Of a DNA stretch of 64,000 bases, positions 61,444 through 64,000 are shown one piece after another. The notes below the pieces were generated by a model, which saw only the letters and a list, made by a program, of their open reading frames with translations, had not been told where the DNA came from and searched no databases. This stretch comes from Gemmatales bacterium. GTDB lineage: Bacteria; Planctomycetota; Planctomycetia; Gemmatales; HRBIN36. The position numbers and the translations under genes were made by a program. Where the stretch lies: the NCBI GenBank assembly GCA_041640595.1, contig JBEPZY010000006.1:191607-255606 (forward strand). The letters are read 5' to 3'. The stretch's first letter is position 1. The number at the start of each line of letters is the position of its first letter.

Positions 61444-64000
61444 ATGGCTACGCAACCGGGAGCCCAGGGTGAGTTTCACAAGCCCCAGGACCAGCAATCC
61501 ACGCAGCCACCTGCGGAGTCGCAAAAGTTACCAGGAGGGCACCCACCCAATGAGCAGTCGGAGGCGTCACGCCAGGCCGCCACGCCTTCCGAAAAAGAAG
61601 ACACGCTTACGTCGCTCGAGGAAGATTCCCTGCAACCGCCGGGAGCCGGGAGAGAGCCTCCGCCTGAGGTGCCACCGCCGGAAAAGGTTATGCAGGTGGC
61701 TCAGTATCGCCCCGTGGAAAAAATCGGCAAAGGCGGCATGGGAGTGGTGTACCTGGCCGACGACTTGGTGCTCAATCGCAAGGTGGCCATCAAGTTTGCC
61801 CATACACCCACTCTGCAAGCCCGTTTCCAGCGGGAAGCGGAAATCACCGCGTTGCTGGAACATCCCGGCGTGGTGCCAGTGTTGATGCGGGGGCAGCAGG
61901 ATGGCCGGCTCTACTACGTGATGCGGTATGTCGAAGGCGAAAGGTTCGACCAGGCCATCCACGCCTGGCACAAAAGCTGCCAGAGTGCCCGCGACTTCCG
62001 CCGGACGAAAGTGCAACTGCAATTTCGTGAACTGTTGCAGCGGTTTGTGGCGGTGTGCCAGACGGTGGCGTATGCCCACAGCAGGGGGATCATCCATCGC
62101 GACTTGAAACCGAACAACATCCTCCTGGGCCGGTTCGGCGAAACGATTGTGCTCGATTGGGGATTAGCACGGCGGAAATCGGTGGACGGCGATGCTGGTT
62201 CTCCGGATTCGGCCAGGCCGCCGGACGGTGCGGACGATCACCACACCCGACCCGGAGCGAAACTGGGCACGCCAGAATATATGGCTCCGGAGCAGGCGGA
62301 TGGTAAGCCGGCGGACGAGCGTACCGATGTGTTTCTCCTGGGAGCAACACTGTATCACCTGCTAACCGGACAGCCTCCATTTTATCTGGGCCGGCCGGCT
62401 AAACCGCCACGGCAGCTGAAGCCGTGGATACCGGCGGCACTGCAAGCGATTTGCCGCAAGGCGATGGCGGACGACCCGCAGGCGCGTTATCCTACCGCTG
62501 AACATCTGGCAGCGGATGTAAAACGCTGGCTGGCGGATGAGCCGGTGGCGGTTTATCGTGAGCCGCTGGGGCAGCGGTTGGCGCGATGGTTGCGTCGGCA
62601 CCGGACGCTGGCGGGGGTGGCTGGCGTCGTCATGCTGGTGGTTGTGCCGTTGACGATTGGTTTCAGCCTGCTGGTAGCGGCCAAGAACCAGGAACTGTCG
62701 CAGACCAATCGCGACCTGGAATCAGCCCTCGCCCGCGAGGAAGACCAGCGCCGACAAGCGGAACAGGCTCGTCAGCTTGCCGAACAACGCCGGGCGGAGG
62801 CCGAAGAAGCCCGGGAGCTGGCCGACCAGCGTCGGCAGCAGGCGGCACGAGCCGCCGACCGTGCCCGCAGTGTGATCGAACTGGTGGCTTCCGACGAAGC
62901 GTTCGACCAGCTCAGCCGCAAGAAGGAGCTTACCGCCGAAGAAAAGAAGCTGCTGGAAGCGCTGGTACCGTATTACGAGGAATATGCCCGCGAGTTGGGT
63001 TTGGGGCAGACGGAACAGGAGCGCCAGGCTCGTGCGTATTTTCGCCTGGGTCGTGTTTTGGACCTTCTCGGCAGGCACGAGCCGGCGGAAAAAGCCTATC
63101 GCCAGGCCTGCCAACTTTACGAGCGGCTGGTGGCCGAGCATCCCCAGGTGCCCGAGTACCGCCAGGAATTGGCCGGGACGCACACCAACCTGGGCAACTT
63201 GCTGCAAGCCACCGGTCGAGGGGCCGACGCGGAAAAAGCCGTTCGTCAGGCCTTGCAACTTTATGAGCAACTGGTGGCCGAGCATCCCCAGGTGCCCCAG
63301 TACCGCCAGGAATTGGCCGTGACGCACAACAACCTGGGCAACTTGCTGCAAGCCACCGGTCGAGCGGACGAGGCGGAAAAAGCCTATCGCCAGGCCTTGC
63401 AGCTCCAAGAGCAACTGGTGGCCGAGCATCCCCAGGTGCCCCAGTACCGCCAGGACCAGGCCAGGACGCACACCAACCTGGGCAACTTGCTGCAAGCCAC
63501 CGGTCGAGGGGCCGAGGCGGAAAAAGCCTATCGCCAAGCCTTGCAATTGTATGAGCGACTGGTGGCTGAGCATCCCCAGGTGCCCGAATACCGCCAGCAA
63601 CTGGCCATCACGCACAACAACCTGGGCAACTTGCTGCAAGCCACCGGTCGAGTGGCCGAGGCGGAAAAAGCCCATCGCCAGGCCCTGCAACTGCGCGAGC
63701 GACTGGTGGCCGAGCATCCCCAGGTGCCCCAGTACCGCCAGGACTTGGCCAGCACGCACACCAACCTGGGCGTGTTGCTGCAAGCCACCGGTCGAGCGGA
63801 CGAGGCGGAAAAAGCCTATCGCCAGGCCCTGCAACTGCGCGAGCGACTGGTGGCTGAGCATCCCCAGGTGCCTGAATACCGCCAGGAACTGGCCACCACG
63901 CACAACAACCTGGGCGTGTTGCTGCAAGCCACCGGTCGAGCGGACGAGGCGGAAAAAGCCGTTCGCCAAGCCTTGCAACTTTATGAGCAACTGGTGGCCG
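61444..64000 (+). CDS. Ser/Thr protein kinase - TM - coiled coil - TPR repeats; 3' end runs off the window
   Basis: Translated by hand (absent from the ORF track): GGAGG RBS; IGKGGMGVVY, VAIK, HRDLKPNN, LDWGLA, GTPEYMAPEQ; TM LAGVAGVVMLVVVPLTIGFSLLV; then 48-aa TPR-like repeats. Confidence 0.93.
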   Translation, partial: MATQPGAQGEFHKPQDQQSTQPPAESQKLPGGHPPNEQSEASRQAATPSEKEDTLTSLEEDSLQPPGAGREPPPEVPPPEKVMQVAQYRPVEKIGKGGMGVVYLADDLVLNRKVAIKFAHTPTLQARFQREAEITALLEHPGVVPVLMRGQQDGRLYYVMRYVEGERFDQAIHAWHKSCQSARDFRRTKVQLQFRELLQRFVAVCQTVAYAHSRGIIHRDLKPNNILLGRFGETIVLDWGLARRKSVDGDAGSPDSARPPDGADDHHTRPGAKLGTPEYMAPEQADGKPADERTDVFLLGATLYHLLTGQPPFYLGRPAKPPRQLKPWIPAALQAICRKAMADDPQARYPTAEHLAADVKRWLADEPVAVYREPLGQRLARWLRRHRTLAGVAGVVMLVVVPLTIGFSLLVAAKNQELSQTNRDLESALAREEDQRRQAEQARQLAEQRRAEAEEARELADQRRQQAARAADRARSVIELVASDEAFDQLSRKKELTAEEKKLLEALVPYYEEYARELGLGQTEQERQARAYFRLGRVLDLLGRHEPAEKAYRQACQLYERLVAEHPQVPEYRQELAGTHTNLGNLLQATGRGADAEKAVRQALQLYEQLVAEHPQVPQYRQELAVTHNNLGNLLQATGRADEAEKAYRQALQLQEQLVAEHPQVPQYRQDQARTHTNLGNLLQATGRGAEAEKAYRQALQLYERLVAEHPQVPEYRQQLAITHNNLGNLLQATGRVAEAEKAHRQALQLRERLVAEHPQVPQYRQDLASTHTNLGVLLQATGRADEAEKAYRQALQLRERLVAEHPQVPEYRQELATTHNNLGVLLQATGRADEAEKAVRQALQLYEQLVA
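63085..64000 (+). repeat. 144-bp (48-codon) high-identity intragenic TPR repeat, more than 6 units
   Basis: gcggaaaaagcc recurs at 63085, 63229, 63373 and onward; consensus AEKAxRQALQLxExLVAEHPQVPxYRQxLAxTHxNLGxLLQATGRxxE. Confidence 0.95.

Noticed and set aside
62722..63990. 422-aa minus-strand repeat ORF in the ORF track
   Set aside because: It is the antisense shadow of the TPR repeats of the plus-strand kinase.

Overview
Chromosomal window from a GC-rich bacterium that is almost certainly a Planctomycete, probably Gemmatales-like. The assignment is inferred from DUF1559 prepilin-type genes, a DUF1549/DUF1553 protein, an 'LEALEDR'-type export motif, many Ser/Thr kinase/FHA/PP2C modules and an ECF-kinase pair. 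Housekeeping genes (mtnA, a short secA paralogue, trpD, xseA-xseB-ispA-dxs, cmk, rsgA, xerC, coaE-rho, ribH, tRNA-Met, tRNA-Lys) are mixed with accessory and signalling genes. Two long genes cut by the window edges are missing from the ORF track: an FHA-GAF-SpoIIE phosphatase (<1..1475, -) and a Ser/Thr kinase with TPR repeats (61444..>64000, +). No CRISPR array, transposase or prophage was seen. The most striking structures are: (1) a tandem array of three Uma2 endonuclease cassettes with near-identical ends and spacers but highly divergent cores, lying between a flavoprotein gene and a radical SAM/metallophosphoesterase pair; (2) a pore-less voltage-sensor-domain protein with a C-terminal coiled coil; (3) an ECF-linked kinase whose 144-bp TPR repeats vary at a few fixed codons; (4) a 92-bp REP-like hairpin tandem array, plus several degenerate intergenic repeats; (5) a probable pseudokinase and a probable pseudo-sulfatase. 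All product calls come from motifs recognised by eye; no database search was run.
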